Shown in pieces: positions 26,439 through 39,735 of a DNA stretch of 64,000 nt; the stretch's first letter is position 1, and every line of letters starts with the position of its first letter. The stretch is from Cystobasidiomycetes sp. EMM_F5 (Eukaryota). The DNA lies in the NCBI GenBank assembly GCA_051047955.1, contig JBPGPT010000005.1, forward strand, positions 558,001-622,000, written 5' to 3'. Made by a program: the position numbers and the translations under genes. The notes beneath the pieces are model-generated. The model did not search any database. It worked only from the letters and a program-made list of their open reading frames with translations, and was not told the origin of the DNA.

Positions 26439-28429
26439 ATGGGCCTTGAAGATGATCTCTTGAGGGACTTGGAAGGCGGCGATGACGAGGGCGATGAATA
26501 TGTAGAGGAAGAGTTTCAGACTGGGGACCCGGATGGCCATCCGACAGCGCAGGCAGAGGATATCCTAGCGACGCATACAACCCGCATAATTGGCAAGCGG
26601 AAACAGAATGGAGACAATGGGCATGTGGACGGCGAGGACGATGATGACGACGAGGACATGGAGGACGGACCGCGAGTCAAGGAAGAAGAGGTCGAAATAG
26701 TGGTACCGGAAGGTGGAACGCGGCCAGCCGAGGAGCTGCAGCAAGAGGATGTTGATCAAATGCAGCTCAAGAACGTGAGAGACGTGTCAAGTGTCGCGCG
26801 GCTGGCCGGTAGCAAGGTGTTCAAGGAGGTCCTACAGGTGCGTCGCCCTCAAATCCTAACACACAAATGGTCTGACGGCCTAGATCGCAAACAGAAAGTA
26901 AACGAGGTAGCTGGGCAAGAAGTCTCAGACATGTCTTCGGCCGAATCTTCAGAGTACAAGCTCATCGTGCAAGCAAATAATATGGCTGTCGAAATCGACA
27001 ATGAAGTCATGATTGTTCAGAAGGTGCGCTAGGTCTGCAACACGAGCACTTGTGTTCCACTACTAAGCCATACTCTATCAGTTTGTTCGTGACAACTACA
27101 ATACCCGCTTCCCGGAGTTGGAAACACTCGTCGACAATCCATACGACTACATTCGAGCCGTTCAAGCGATAGGGAATCCTACCGTGGGTAAATCAGCTCT
27201 TTGAAAGGTGTACATACGTCTCACGATGGTGGTAAATTGCAGGAGCTAGAAAATTTGGCAGGCGTGCTGAAGGGAGTCTTGCCAGCAGCCATGGTGATGG
27301 TAGTTACTGTTGAGGCGACCACGACAAGGGGAAAGCAACTCAGCGAGCAAGAATGGGCAGCAGTTCAAAAGGCAGCGGGCATGTCTTTTGAGCTGGATGA
27401 AGCTCGGCGCAAGATTTTGGACTATGTCGAATCGCGAATACGATTTTTGGCTCCAAACCTCAGTGCCATCGTTGGTTCACGAACAGCTACAAAGTTGCTA
27501 GGTATCGCAGGCGGCCTGGCCGGACTGAGCAAGATGCCTGCATCCAGTATATACGTGAGCTTTTACCAATTCAGCCTTTGTTCACACAACAAGCTGAGCA
27601 GTCTACGCAGCTACTCGGTGCCCAGAAGAAAGCGCCGGTCGGTTTTTCCACTAGCGCTCGTGTCGGAAATTCGAGGCATGTCGGCTTCATACACCAATCG
27701 GATGTGGTGCAAGCTATGCCAAATGAGTACCGCATGAAAGCGCAACGTACCGTTGGAGCAAAATGCACACTGGCGTGCCGTATGGATCAGCAACGAGCGT
27801 ATGTGGATGGAAGCTACGGGCGTCAAGTAAGAGAAGAAGTCGAGAAGCGATTAGAAAAGCTTGCGGAACCGCCTCCGGCTCGAATTACCAAGGCACTGCC
27901 GACGCCCATTGAAGGCTCAAAGAAGCGCAGGGGCGGAAAACGGGCACGGAAAGCGAAGGAAGCATACGCGCAGACGGAACTCGCTAAGTTGAGAAATCGT
28001 TTGGCCTTCGGTCAAGAGGAGGAAGAAGTTGGTGCTTTCGATGAGACTGAAGGGATGGGTATGATTGGATCATCGAGCGGTAAAGTGAGGCAAATGGCTG
28101 GGGATGCCAGGACGAAAGGTGTGTTGTGTCGGAACAGACGGTTGGAGCACTGGCTAATATGACTCGTTTTGCCCTCTCTAGCGAAAATGTCAAAGACAAA
28201 CAAGGGACGTCTGGCTGCCTTACGCGGCTCGTCTTCTGGGACTCAGTCCGGCTTGGCGTCTTCAGTCTCCTTCACGCCGGTCGAGGGCATTGAAATCAGA
28301 GGGAGCCAAACTGAGAAGCGGGTCCAAGCTGCGAATGACAGTTGGTTTGCCGAGGGAGCTTTCAGTGTTGTCAACAGGCCTTCCTCATCCGGGACGATGG
28401 TGCCAGTACCTGCTACGATGAGGAAGTAA
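26439..28429 (+). CDS. PRP31: U4/U6 snRNP Nop-domain splicing factor Prp31 (multi-exon)
   Basis: [51 protein letters not shown]...[29 protein letters not shown]. Confidence 0.95.
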
Positions 28430-28635
28430 TCGATAACTGTAGCAGTATGCGCTTACATTGAACGTGTTGTCGTCCATGAAAGCAGAATTTTCACATCAAA
28501 GCCATCATTTGTCATTCGGCCGACCTGTCATCTTTAGCCGAGCTCTTTACTGCAGTGACGCCGCAGTCACATTTTGGCTGACAGGCTCAACTTGAAGCCA
28601 ACCCGCATGTTCTGCCTTCTGATTTATCAACAACC

Positions 28636-30137
28636 ATGACGGATGGGCCTACGGGATGGCGAGCCTGGGTCTACAAGGGCGCCGGCAAGGCCTTGAAAGT
28701 GAGCGACTACGTCGGCGGCCATGCGAACGCAGTGGGCGCAAAATTCGGGACAGAACGCTTCTGGCCTACGTCTGGAGACTACGTGCAAGAGCTTGAGAAG
28801 TGCGAGCGTATCCTGCGCTCGTTTACCGTCAAAGGCATCCCTACCGAGGAAGCATCGCCGTCAGACGCTACAAAGAAGCGCAAAGTCTTTCGCAAGATTC
28901 CTCCACAAATCATCCGTGAGGCTAAAGGGATCGTCATCTTCAATGCAATGCGCACAGGCATCGCGCCCTTCAGTGGTGCTGGCGGTGGAGGCGTTGTTCT
29001 GAAACGTCTGCCAAATGGCGACTGGTCGGCACCAAGCTTCCTCTCGCCAAATAATATGGGTGTCGGTCTAATGCTGGGCCTCGATGTATATTCTGCGATC
29101 CTTGTCCTACGAACGGACCAAGCTGTACAAGGGTTTGCGACCCATCACGTCACTCTTGGCGGTGAAATGGGTGTTGCTGCAGGTCCGCTAGGTTACGGCA
29201 TGTCTGCGGAGACAGGCCTCAAGCACAGAACACCAATATACAGCTACATCGTCTCGCATGGATTATATGCAGGCGTTGGCATTGTTGGGCAGGTGTTCAT
29301 AGATAGGTATGTCTATTTTGCTCCGTCTGCCGCCAAGCTTGAATAATGACATTGAATATTGGCAGGTTCGACGAGAACGAGCGCGTTTATAACTGGCCGG
29401 GAATCAAAGCCGGAGATATCTTTAGTGGTCGAGCGAGACGGCCTTACGAATCAGCCAGTCTCTACAAGGCCTTGAGCGACGCCGAGTTAGGAATCGCTCA
29501 GGGTTCATCACTAGAATGGGATACGGACGAAGTCAGGGATTTACAGCTGGAAGAAGGGGAAGTTCTGAAACTCCCACCGACACCTGACCAACTCAGAGCG
29601 TATGAAGCGGCCGGCATCATGGATGAGGAGGATATAAAAGCAGAGCAAGAGGAGCGGAAGCTCGTGCGTGCCATGCCACCTCCGCCGAAGCATCCTCACG
29701 CGCGAAATACCGCTATGCGTGGTATCGACAGCCAAATACTCACCGGGAGGCGCGGTATGCGGTCACCAGACCCTGGCAAAAGCGCAAGCGAGTGCACAAC
29801 GCCCGAAACGCCCGAAACGAGCTGCTTCTCGTCACCGATAGAGGAAATGTCCCCACACATGCAGCGCTACCATAAGCGAGATTTTATGGAGCCTACCGAG
29901 ATTCCTTTACCGCCGTCAAACAGGTCTAGCATCGAGGCGCATCATGCCTTAACAACGCACTTCGATGGTCTGGGGATTCGACCGATAGGAGAAGAGCATA
30001 CGCCTGTTGACTCCACACAAGCTCCAAAATTGCAGCATATGGACAGCACTGCGTCAGAAACCAGCCTTTACAGCGATGCCGCTTCCGATACCACCGCACC
30101 AATACGTGTCACTGAGGGAAAGAGGCCTGAGGTCTGA
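28636..30137 (+). CDS. Ysc84/SYLF (DUF500) domain protein, no SH3
   Basis: KIPPQIIREAKGIVIF..MRTGIAPFSGAGGGGVVLKRLPNGDWSAPS, TLGGEMGVAAGP, YSYIVSHGLYAGV, ENERVY. Confidence 0.85.
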
Positions 30138-30303
30138 AGGAGTGAAGCTTGTACAAACGTCTAATAAGTTAGAAATACGGCTTCTGCATCATTGGCTTGA
30201 AGCAGTGTCGGTGTTGTAATAGTAGACGCGACTTCTGTCTTTACCAACGCGATAAGCGACACTATGCGGGACATCACACTGGACGCTGGTGTTGAAGAAC
30301 GAG

Positions 30304-33300
30304 ATGGCCAGTAGCAGACCTCGACGGTCTACAGCAGCTCAGTCGTTCGAAATCAGCTTTCCCAATATCTCGGATGTCGAAGACGATGACGATGGGTCTG
30401 ACGAGGCTGAAGCTGGAGCTGCGGACGGCCATGGGGAGCAGTCCGCCGCGGATGGTGCTGCCGTAGCCATTGACGTGGACGAGGATATCGAACAAGCGGA
30501 ATCCACTTCTGGAAGCGAGTATGCACCAGAAGCAGCTAAAGGCAAGGATGGCAAAGCGATAGAGGTCGAGAGCGAGGACTCTGCGGAATTTGAGGACGAC
30601 GTGCCAGACGACGAAGACGACAGGGCATCCGGAGCCGGTGATGCTGATCTGGACGATGCTTCCGACATCATTCCTGTCGGTTCAGACCAACCTGGACCCA
30701 GTCAGGGCTTGAAACATGGTATCGGACGCCGTGGACAAGCATTTGCGTTTCAGGACACGGTCAACATTAGCCTCCCTACTACGGAGAATGCCGACATTCG
30801 AACGCCTGCAATACGGGTTGTTGGCAGGACACCCGCAGCAGTACTGGCCTCGACGAGCGGGGCACAGAAGAAGTCGGTCAACAAGCGGAGACCTTTGAAC
30901 TCCCAGACACTCTCGCTCAAAAAGTCACCCGCATATGATCTAGCATATGGCAATTGCCTCACTCTCCCATCGTTCACGCTGACCCAGCCATTTGAAAGCG
31001 CGGTTCACTTCTACAATGGACAACAGCAGACCTCTGCTCCAGTACAAGCCGAACTACCAACAGAGGCAGCCGAGCGTCTCAGACTCCGGCGGGAGTCCTA
31101 CCTCGTCTGCGGACCACATTGGTCAGTCGTCCAGGACTTGGGATGGCACAAAGACAAGTTTTATTTTCAGACTTCCGATAAGGACTCTGTCATGAGGCGA
31201 TCTCCTAGGTGGGGTGGATGGTATTCTCATGTACCATTAGTCCTGGAGACTTTTGATGTTGTTCAAGATATCGAGTGCGTCCGCCTCAGCAAGCCGTTCC
31301 GGGCTCATCAAGCTAAAGCTTTCAGTATATTACAGCACGATTCTGCCGTTCTTGCCGAGAAACCAATACCCAGCTGCCCCTGTCCGAGTTCAGTCACTTG
31401 CGGCGGACGAAATTATACCCGATCTCGAAGACGATGAAAGCAGATCTGAACGAGCCCGGTCGGAAGCAAGTCCAGCCCGGCCTGTTACTAGTGCAGAGGT
31501 GGGCTCTTCAACCGACTCTCTCGACGATATAGCAAGCTTCTCAATAGGCTTGTACGGCGAAATGGTCGCTACCGACACGATCCCGGTCGACAGCGTTGTC
31601 AATGGTCAGCAAAGCGCCAAATTACCAAGGTTTGACAGTATGCGTTTGGGTAGGGCTCTCGATTGAAATCTGATTGACGGATTGTAGCTGAGATGCGGTA
31701 TTGCATAATGCAGATGCGTATCTGCCACAAAAGCCTGGCTGGGTCTTCAATTGTGGCGCACCCATCTACGGTATCGATTGGTGTCCACAGGCTGATGATA
31801 TTGAGCCAGCTCGTTCGTGGAGTTTTCCCATCCTTACGCTGTATGAAGGAAACTAACATTCCCATAGAATTCGAATACATGGCTATCTCTACAATGAATG
31901 AACAACCCAGCATACAGTACCGTCAGCAAAATGAAATGCGTGGTGGCCTCATTCAATTGTGGTCAATCGACGCTCGCATTTCGGCAGACTTTGCTGTTGT
32001 TTCGGATCTCCAGCAGCAAGGCCGTGGACCGCGACTCGAGTTGGCTCTGATGGTCGAAAGCGAAGTAATTCAGCTGGCTTGGTGTCCAAAAGGCGGAGAG
32101 ACAGAAATTAAGTCACAAGCGTCTGCCGAAGATAATTCAGCAATTGGCACCCCGGTCAAGCGTTTAGGTATACTGGCGGCTTTGTCAGCAAACGGCACTG
32201 TGCGACTGTACGATGTTCCACATCCTGAGAGCATCAAAGCAGCCTCATCGACAGCGGTGGATGATTTGCTATTCCGTACGTGCCATCTTCTAGCTACCGA
32301 CAAGCTGCATACTCACGCTGCTCCCACAGTCCGTCAGAACCATCCTCTCCTCACCCTCAGTACTGGCATTATGGCTGCCTCTTGCTTCGATTGGATGAGC
32401 CACACACGTCTTGCTGTGGGATTCCAGAGCGGTAAGCCCATGGCGTGGAGCATTCAGGAGGGACAGCTTACTTTGATGACTCCAGGCGAGGTTATCATCT
32501 TTGACATTGACGAAGCTCTGAGTATTGGTGCACAGTCAGGTAAGGCTGCAATGATGGTAATCATATCGTCCTAGGCTGATAATGTCGTGCAGTTGCTCCA
32601 ACGCAGATAGTGCCCGTTCACGAGACGCCGATACGCATGATTTGTACGATCCGAGAACCTATATTATCCAGCACCGGTACATCCCGTCTTGATCAGGATC
32701 CGGCTCGCCTGGCCACCGCGTCTCTTGATGGTGCGATAAAAACCACAGACCTACAAGATCCTGGCACTCTGTCTAACTACGGACATGAAAGAGGTAAGTG
32801 CAACGCACCATCATGAGTCCAATTGACTGAATATGCTGTCCGCAGCAATTCGCACTATCGCTCGATACCAGCCCTCGAGCGGCGGCATCATCTTTAACGA
32901 TCAAGAAATGGGAATACGATTCCTCGGCTTACGGCCTCGCGACTTAGGTGCCTCAACTAGACTCATGTCGGTCAATGGACCTGCCACAGTCAGTCTGCCC
33001 CGGGACCTTTCTTGCGGAAACCATCTGATCAGGCGTTATTAGGATGTTGCGGTCAGCGATTTCCACCCATTTATTGCTGTCGCTAGCGCAGATGGATCTT
33101 GCGGCGTCGTGAACAGCACGAGGAGGCTGAAACGTGGTGCTCATGTGGTGAGTTTCTACACCGCGAAGCAGTGCCTTGTGCTGAAAAATCATTCCGCCAA
33201 CCTCAACAGCATCACTTGGTCAACAAGGTATTCAAGATGGACTTTAACCGTAGGACTGGTGAGTATCGCATGCTAGACAACATCATTCCCGATGTAAGTC

Positions 33301-33663
33301 TTGACTTTGTTTATGGAGCTCGCTCGCAAGGCTAAGGACTTCCGCATTCGTGTGCAGGCTAGAGTCAATCATGAATCACGAATAACTGCTCAACGTGCAA
33401 AGAGAAAGAAGAAGAACGAAGCGGAAGAAGAAGAAGAAGAGGGATTGGCACCAGACATGTTACCATCCGGGTACTGGCCGCCACATGTTGGCGTACTCAA
33501 GAACGCATGGTGTAAATCACTGCGCAGAGCCCACGTCCTTGCGAGTGCAATGGCATGTGGGCTGGTTCGTATCGATATGGTGCATGGTTATTGGCCGAAC
33601 GATGCGCCTCCAACCGTCCAAAATCGACCCAAGGTTGAGCTTGATGACGACAGTGATGATTGA
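30304..33663 (+). CDS. WD40-type RNA polymerase III transcription factor IIIC subunit (Tfc6/Sfc6-like, multi-exon)
   Basis: Acidic N-terminus, then WVFNCGAPI..IDWCP, LAWCP, LGILAAL..NGTV, FHPFIAVASADGSC, VFKMDFNRRTGEYRML and LASAMACGLVRID, which resemble fungal TFIIIC subunit 6. Confidence 0.65.
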
Positions 33664-34232
33664 TGGAGTCTCGTTAATATTGTACGTGACCGGTATTGTG
33701 CATATGTTTGAAGCTATTGTGTTGACGCAGCCGCCTCTGTTGGTGAGTTTACACGTTAGATGCCGAAGAGGATCCAGTTACGAACCGTCTACCGAAGCTC
33801 GATGTCGGCTTGAAAGCGGGGCAATGTTTTGTAACTAGTAGTTAAAGTGATAGGCGAGAAGAAGATGTTGAAGGTCTGATGGCTCACGTGATCGAAATGG
33901 TCGGCTGTCCCACAAAAGGTGTGCCAACTTGAACACATTCCTCATATGATCATCTTTGTGCCTGGCCCTCAGCAGAAGCATTCGAGCAAGGACGCGGTTC
34001 CTGCAAACAAGCTGTTTTGCCAACCAGTATTGAGATACCTTGCTGCCTACCATCGACTGCCACTTCTGCCTCTGAGACTTCGACTGGAGCCTTTGGTAAT
34101 CGCGTTGCAAGTCAGGTCCACGGACTGGTTTGTTGACGTGGGCCCGCCACAAGCACAAACCCCGGCATCACTCGCTTGCATGCGAGCAATTCTCTTCTAG
34201 CTGGCATCATATCGTCCTGAAGCCACTCAGTC

Positions 34233-36622
34233 ATGCTGTCGGTTGCGCAGCAGTCAGCCGCAGTCCTAGGCTTCATCAAAGGTCGCCTCGGCAAGGACAT
34301 CGACAACAACCACTTTCTTCGAGATCCGTTCTTCCTGGCGAATCTAGACTATAATTTCGAGACGCTATTCACCATCTACACGGGTGCGTTTGCATATCAT
34401 ACTGCCTGCTGGACTTGCATGTTGATTGCACGAAAACAACAGAACTCTACGGACATCGTCATGAGTGCCTGGAGAGCCTGGTCTCGCTAGTCCGTACCCT
34501 AGCACAGTCATGGCATGAGCGGTCGCACGATCTGAAGACCGTCGACAAGCAAAGGCTGCTCAAACCATCCTGGTTCATGTCGCAAAACATGGTACGTTAT
34601 CGCCGAACTCTCATCCACGGCACGCCACCACGCGCCGTTGTCGGCCAAGCTGTCACGGGCAATTACAGCTGACTCTGCTTACAAAAACGTCTAACTAACA
34701 GATCGGTGGGCAATGGTGAGGAGTCGCAATGACTGTTGATGGTGCAGCAACGTGGACCCTGAGATGTTATCGCAGCTATGTGGACTTGTACGCTGGGCAT
34801 CTCGAGGGAATTAGGTCCAAGATCCCATACTTTAGAGAGCTTGGCCTCACGTATCTCCATCTGCTACCTCTATACAAGCGACCGGAACGACAATCCGATG
34901 GCGGATACGCAGTCTCATCATACCGAGAATTGGATGGCAAGCTTGGGTCTATAGAGGACTTGCGTATGCTGGCGAAGGAACTGCACGAGTAGGCTAAGAC
35001 AAGGTTCATTTGCTTCTGCGAGGTCAACTTATGCATCCGCTCTCGACAGTGCCGGGATATGCCTGGTTCTCGATCTGATCATGAACCATACTTCAAATGA
35101 ACATGAATGGGCCAAGCAGGCTGCTGCTGGTGATCCCGAACACTCAGGATTCTATTGGATGTATCCCGACCGAACAGTTCCAAACGAATTTGAGCGAAGC
35201 TTGCGCAAAGTCAATCCCTCAGATCATGCTGGCAACTTTGTGCAATTGCCAGACGGAAGATGGGTCTGGTCGACATTTCAAACTTTCCAATGGGATCTCA
35301 ATTAGTCAGTCAAGATGATTCACACTGCCCATTCGTCCATTGCGTGCTGAAATGTGGTCCATCAGCTCTAATCCCGCAGTCTTCGGAGCAATGGCTGAGG
35401 AGATGCTGTTTCTAGCAAATGTCGGAGCCAGCGTGTTCAAGATGGATTCGGCGTCGTTCTTGTGGAAGCAGATGGGTACAACGTGCGAGAATTTGCCGCA
35501 GACCCATCTGCTCATCCGGGCATTCAACGCCATGTGCAAGATTGCCGCTCCTTCCATATTGTTCCAGGTATGCCCGATTACATTCTCTTGCATTCGTATC
35601 CGGACGTTGACATGATCACGGTTTCAAAGTCTGCATCAGTATCCCACCCGAAGCATCGACTGAATTACATCGACCCGAGCGAATGCCAATTATCGTACAA
35701 TTCGCTCGAATCAGAGCTAGCCTGGGAAGCGCTTGCTACCCGCGATACCAGCATGCTACAGCAATCCTTGGAACGATGGCACAACTTGGCTGCCGGTGAA
35801 AGATGTCATTGGGTCAACTATGTGCGGACGAATGACGATATGAGCTGGTCTTTTACAGACGAGGACGCTTCCGAACTGCTCATTCACGGCCACGACCACC
35901 GTCGCTTCCTTAATACCTTTTATGTTAACCGCTATCCTGGCTCCTTTGCCAGAGGAGTAGCGTTTAAGGATGCTCCAGGAGAAAACGACTGCCGAGTTGC
36001 GGGTACAGCAGCAAGCTTGGCTGGCTTCGAATCTGGCGAGGAACACGCCGTGGAGAGGTTGCTGCTGCTGTACGCTATTGCATTCTCAACAGGCGGTATC
36101 GCGCTGCTCTATCTGGGTGACGAGGTCGCTCAGCTGAATGACTATGCTATGCTACTCGATCCGGACAAATGTCATGATTCACGATGGATACATCGACCTC
36201 ACTACCCTGCGCATCACTACGAGCAAAGGCTCGATCGCAGTACAATGGCAGGCAAGACTTTCCACGGCTTGAAGCACCTGATTGACATACGCAAGACGAC
36301 CGAAGAGTTTGGTGAGTAGCCTGGTATGAAGTTGAAATAATTGGCAGAGTTGCTGAATTGTCCTGTGCCTGTTTTAGCTGGAAGCAAGCTGATGGGCTTC
36401 CATACGGACAACAAGCATATCCTAGGCTTTCTCCGCTTTGGTCCTCGTTCCAAGCTTCTTTGTCTTGCAAATTTCCACGACAAGCCACAGACGATTGCCG
36501 TTGGAAAATTTGCTGCTTTGCCAGCTCGTGCGCAAGATCTGGTGTCTGGGCGAGAAGTCATGTTGCGTGGGGCAGACGGCCTTCAGCTCTTACCACACCA
36601 AGTCATGTGGCTGCGGCACTAA
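34233..36622 (+). CDS. Amylosucrase-like GH13 protein with degenerate catalytic site (about 7 introns)
   Basis: [100 protein letters not shown]. Confidence 0.88.
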
Positions 36623-37421
36623 TCGTGGCGACTTCTTCAACTGAATAATTCGCGGTCAGTACCAAGCACATCAGTGACACTTTCGCGTCGTTCTCTGCAG
36701 TTCAAGGCATGGCACGCTTTCGGTCAGCCGCCTGTCATGCTCAATTTATGGTTTTAGTGGCTTCGTTCTAGCTCGCGTGTAGGCGTATAATCAAATGTAC
36801 TGTATCTTTGGTTGGAGCGGTCGAGCGTGTGCGGTAGGGTAATAACGGAGCATCATCTTGACTTGTTTCGAGGAGTTGCAAGTTGACCCGAACGGGCCCT
36901 TTTTCGGCCAGTCGCCTCCTCGCTTGCACCTTTGCTCCACGACAGCTGCGCAGGCCGGGACCCAATTGCCAGTCTCTCGCAGTCTTGCAACTTTCTGAAT
37001 CAGTACATCTCGCGCAACTTGGTCTTTATCTGTTGACGTCCGTTTCTCGTTGGGTCACCGCTCTCTACGCGGTCGCAGTGTGCCAAAACATCGCAAACAC
37101 CCCCGGCAGCATTCAACCAGGCCCAGCCTAGCGCACCGCAATATTTCACTCTTCAGTATATCTCGCGACACCTCTTCTGGCTTTGCGACTGACGGACAGT
37201 CCAAGCGCCAGCCTCTGCGTTTGCGTCTGGCCATTTCGGCGCAATCCCGTTCGCAGAGACCGCTCGCATATCGTTGGTTGGGCATACCTCGCGCAAGTTT
37301 CGTAGGCTCGCCCCAGCTGCCGTTCCGCCCTCACGCCTGCAACGATTTCGGCCACGACCATTCGAATCATTTAATCAAATTGCCCCTCACAACCAGAACC
37401 ATACACTCGTTTTAGACTATC

Positions 37422-39332
37422 ATGGCGTACAATAACAATTACACAAACCCCAACAACTTTCGGTACGCCCAGGCTGGCACCCACGACTACTCCCAGTTGC
37501 TTGCGGGCGGTGCGGCAGGTGCCCCTCAAACGCAGCAACCCCTTTCCAATCCATTTCAAACCACCACCACAGCACAACTCCAGCAACAGTTCCTACAGCA
37601 ACAGCAGCAGCAGCAGTTCTTAGCTGCGCTGGCTGTGCAGAACGCCAACCCGTACCCTCAGCAGCAGCTCCCGCAACAAATGATGGCCATACAGCAGGCG
37701 CAGATTGAAATGCAGATGCAACAGATCAGGCTGGCGCAGTTTGCGCTGCAACAACGTCAGCAGCAGCAGGCTGCTATCACCATTCAACTACAGCAGCAGC
37801 AGCATCTGCAGCAACAAGTACAGCAGCAGCAGCAACAGCAAGCTCAACAGCAGCAGCAGCATCACCGCACAGCATCTGCGCAAATAAATGCTCGTACTAC
37901 TCGCGCTGCTTCGGCCAGTCCGACAATAGAGCAACGTTCTCGTTTCTCCTCTCAACCAGGCAGCGCTGCCAATCAGGTTGACAGCTGGCGCAGTACGCCC
38001 CAGGTGGAGACTGCCAACCTGAATCACTACAATGACTCGGCACCTAATTCTGCGCTTCATACGCCGTCAGCCTCGAGCTCATCCATGGCCGACTGGCAAG
38101 CTAAGCGTATGAGCTTTCCTGCCCCGTCCCGTGCCGACTCAAGCAGCACCGCTACTGACCGGACGAACGCTGCGGCTCAGGTAAATGGAGCAAAGCCATC
38201 AGACGGCATCTCTAAATACTCTTCTCTGCAATACAACGAGCGCCATCGCAAGAACTCGTCTATGGCTTCCAGTGCCAGTCTATCCTCCTCTGGTTCCGCT
38301 TGTTCCCCCAATCGCGGTCCAGCTTTGGTACTATCTAAACCCGGCGAAGACTGTGACTCGGAAGCTGGTGCCGATGTTGATCGGTCTACCAAGCTAGTCG
38401 AGCGCGATTCTGATGCGGGTTTGAGCATGGCAGACTTGCCAGAGCGTGCTGCAGGCTCGCCACCCAATCAACTCAGCAAGAAGCAGAGCCGTCATACTAC
38501 AATTCTTAGTAGCTGCTTGCCGCCTATTGCCAGTCTTGCCGCCGCTGCAGCTACGATGCAGCAAAGCAAGGTGTCTCCTGCAGAAGCGACGAATGCCGCA
38601 TCCGCAATCACATCCTCTCGCAAGGTAACGCCCCCTTCCTCTGGACCTTCATCTCCCTCTTCCGATAACAGTGACATTGCCAGCTTTGACAGTACGACGT
38701 CGGCAGTGACCAGTAGGACCAGCGTGCAGGAGTCTAGTCCAACCAAGGACGATGCCATGGCTACCCACATTCCTCCTGCAACGTCCGTCAAAGGAGCGAC
38801 GCCGTTGAACCCTGCGGCAGCTATGTTTTCACCACAGCCTGTCCCGTATGTTGCAAGCACTGCAAATCCGGCTAGGCAACCGCTTCGTCTCGGAAGCGGA
38901 TCATGGTCGTCTCAGTCCGGTGGTCCGTTGACTCCACTCTCTTCTGCGGGTGTCACCGTTCTGCGTCAGCCTAAAGGACCGGCAGATGACGCAGATATGC
39001 CTACCAAGAACTTCGCAGGCATGATTCGCCGGAAAGCTGTCGGTACGTTACGCATCGCCGCTACGCTCAGCAATCAACGCGTCCACAGCGCTGCTCCTTC
39101 TCCGGTTGTCGAGCAGTTTGCACGTTTCGATTTGGCTAGCAACGATGCGGTGCCATCTTCAGCCATTCCGCAATACTCTTCTTATGATGCCGGCCAATCA
39201 CCGCAGATTGCTGCACCTCGCAGCTTCGCAGATTTTGGTGCACAGCTCGCTCAGCGCGCTATGCAGCGACGTAGTGCTCAAGTCCAGAACTTCCACTATT
39301 ACGATCATGGTGCAACGGCCGCATACCAGTAG
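37422..39332 (+). CDS. Gln/Ser-rich intrinsically disordered protein (636 aa, single exon)
   Basis: Long uninterrupted ORF with N-terminal N/Y/Q-rich and polyQ tracts and a C-terminal RQPKGP...KNFAGMIRRKAVG segment. Confidence 0.75.
   Translation: MAYNNNYTNPNNFRYAQAGTHDYSQLLAGGAAGAPQTQQPLSNPFQTTTTAQLQQQFLQQQQQQQFLAALAVQNANPYPQQQLPQQMMAIQQAQIEMQMQQIRLAQFALQQRQQQQAAITIQLQQQQHLQQQVQQQQQQQAQQQQQHHRTASAQINARTTRAASASPTIEQRSRFSSQPGSAANQVDSWRSTPQVETANLNHYNDSAPNSALHTPSASSSSMADWQAKRMSFPAPSRADSSSTATDRTNAAAQVNGAKPSDGISKYSSLQYNERHRKNSSMASSASLSSSGSACSPNRGPALVLSKPGEDCDSEAGADVDRSTKLVERDSDAGLSMADLPERAAGSPPNQLSKKQSRHTTILSSCLPPIASLAAAAATMQQSKVSPAEATNAASAITSSRKVTPPSSGPSSPSSDNSDIASFDSTTSAVTSRTSVQESSPTKDDAMATHIPPATSVKGATPLNPAAAMFSPQPVPYVASTANPARQPLRLGSGSWSSQSGGPLTPLSSAGVTVLRQPKGPADDADMPTKNFAGMIRRKAVGTLRIAATLSNQRVHSAAPSPVVEQFARFDLASNDAVPSSAIPQYSSYDAGQSPQIAAPRSFADFGAQLAQRAMQRRSAQVQNFHYYDHGATAAYQ
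37581..37860 (+). repeat. CAG/CAA coding microsatellites (polyQ tracts)
   Basis: Several runs of cagcagcag/caacag, translating to Q5-Q8 tracts. Confidence 0.8.
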
Positions 39333-39735
39333 ACCGGGTGCGTATACTACGAAGTGAGTCTGCCTGCGCTTGCCCTCAGCAGCAGGTGTTGACTTTTATG
39401 CTGGGAAGCAGCCTCGACCGCTTGCCAACTAATAACTCAATACCGATCGCGTAATATACAAATCATAATGAAACGATCTCTACGTCATACATACACACTC
39501 ATTTCCCTCCTTTGTCGTTGGTATAATTCTGCTGCAATTGCTATGGTCGTCTATTCGTTCTCGTTGTGCAATAGCGTTTCATATTCGTAAAGGAGAATGC
39601 TATGAAGTATACGCCTGTACAACGTCATGGAAATCCAAAGGCAAGACTATGATACTGTGAAACAACAACAGGAGGACCAAGCACAAACTGACTGACCGAC
39701 TTTAGCAGTGTGCAAAATGAGAGACCACTCCAAAA

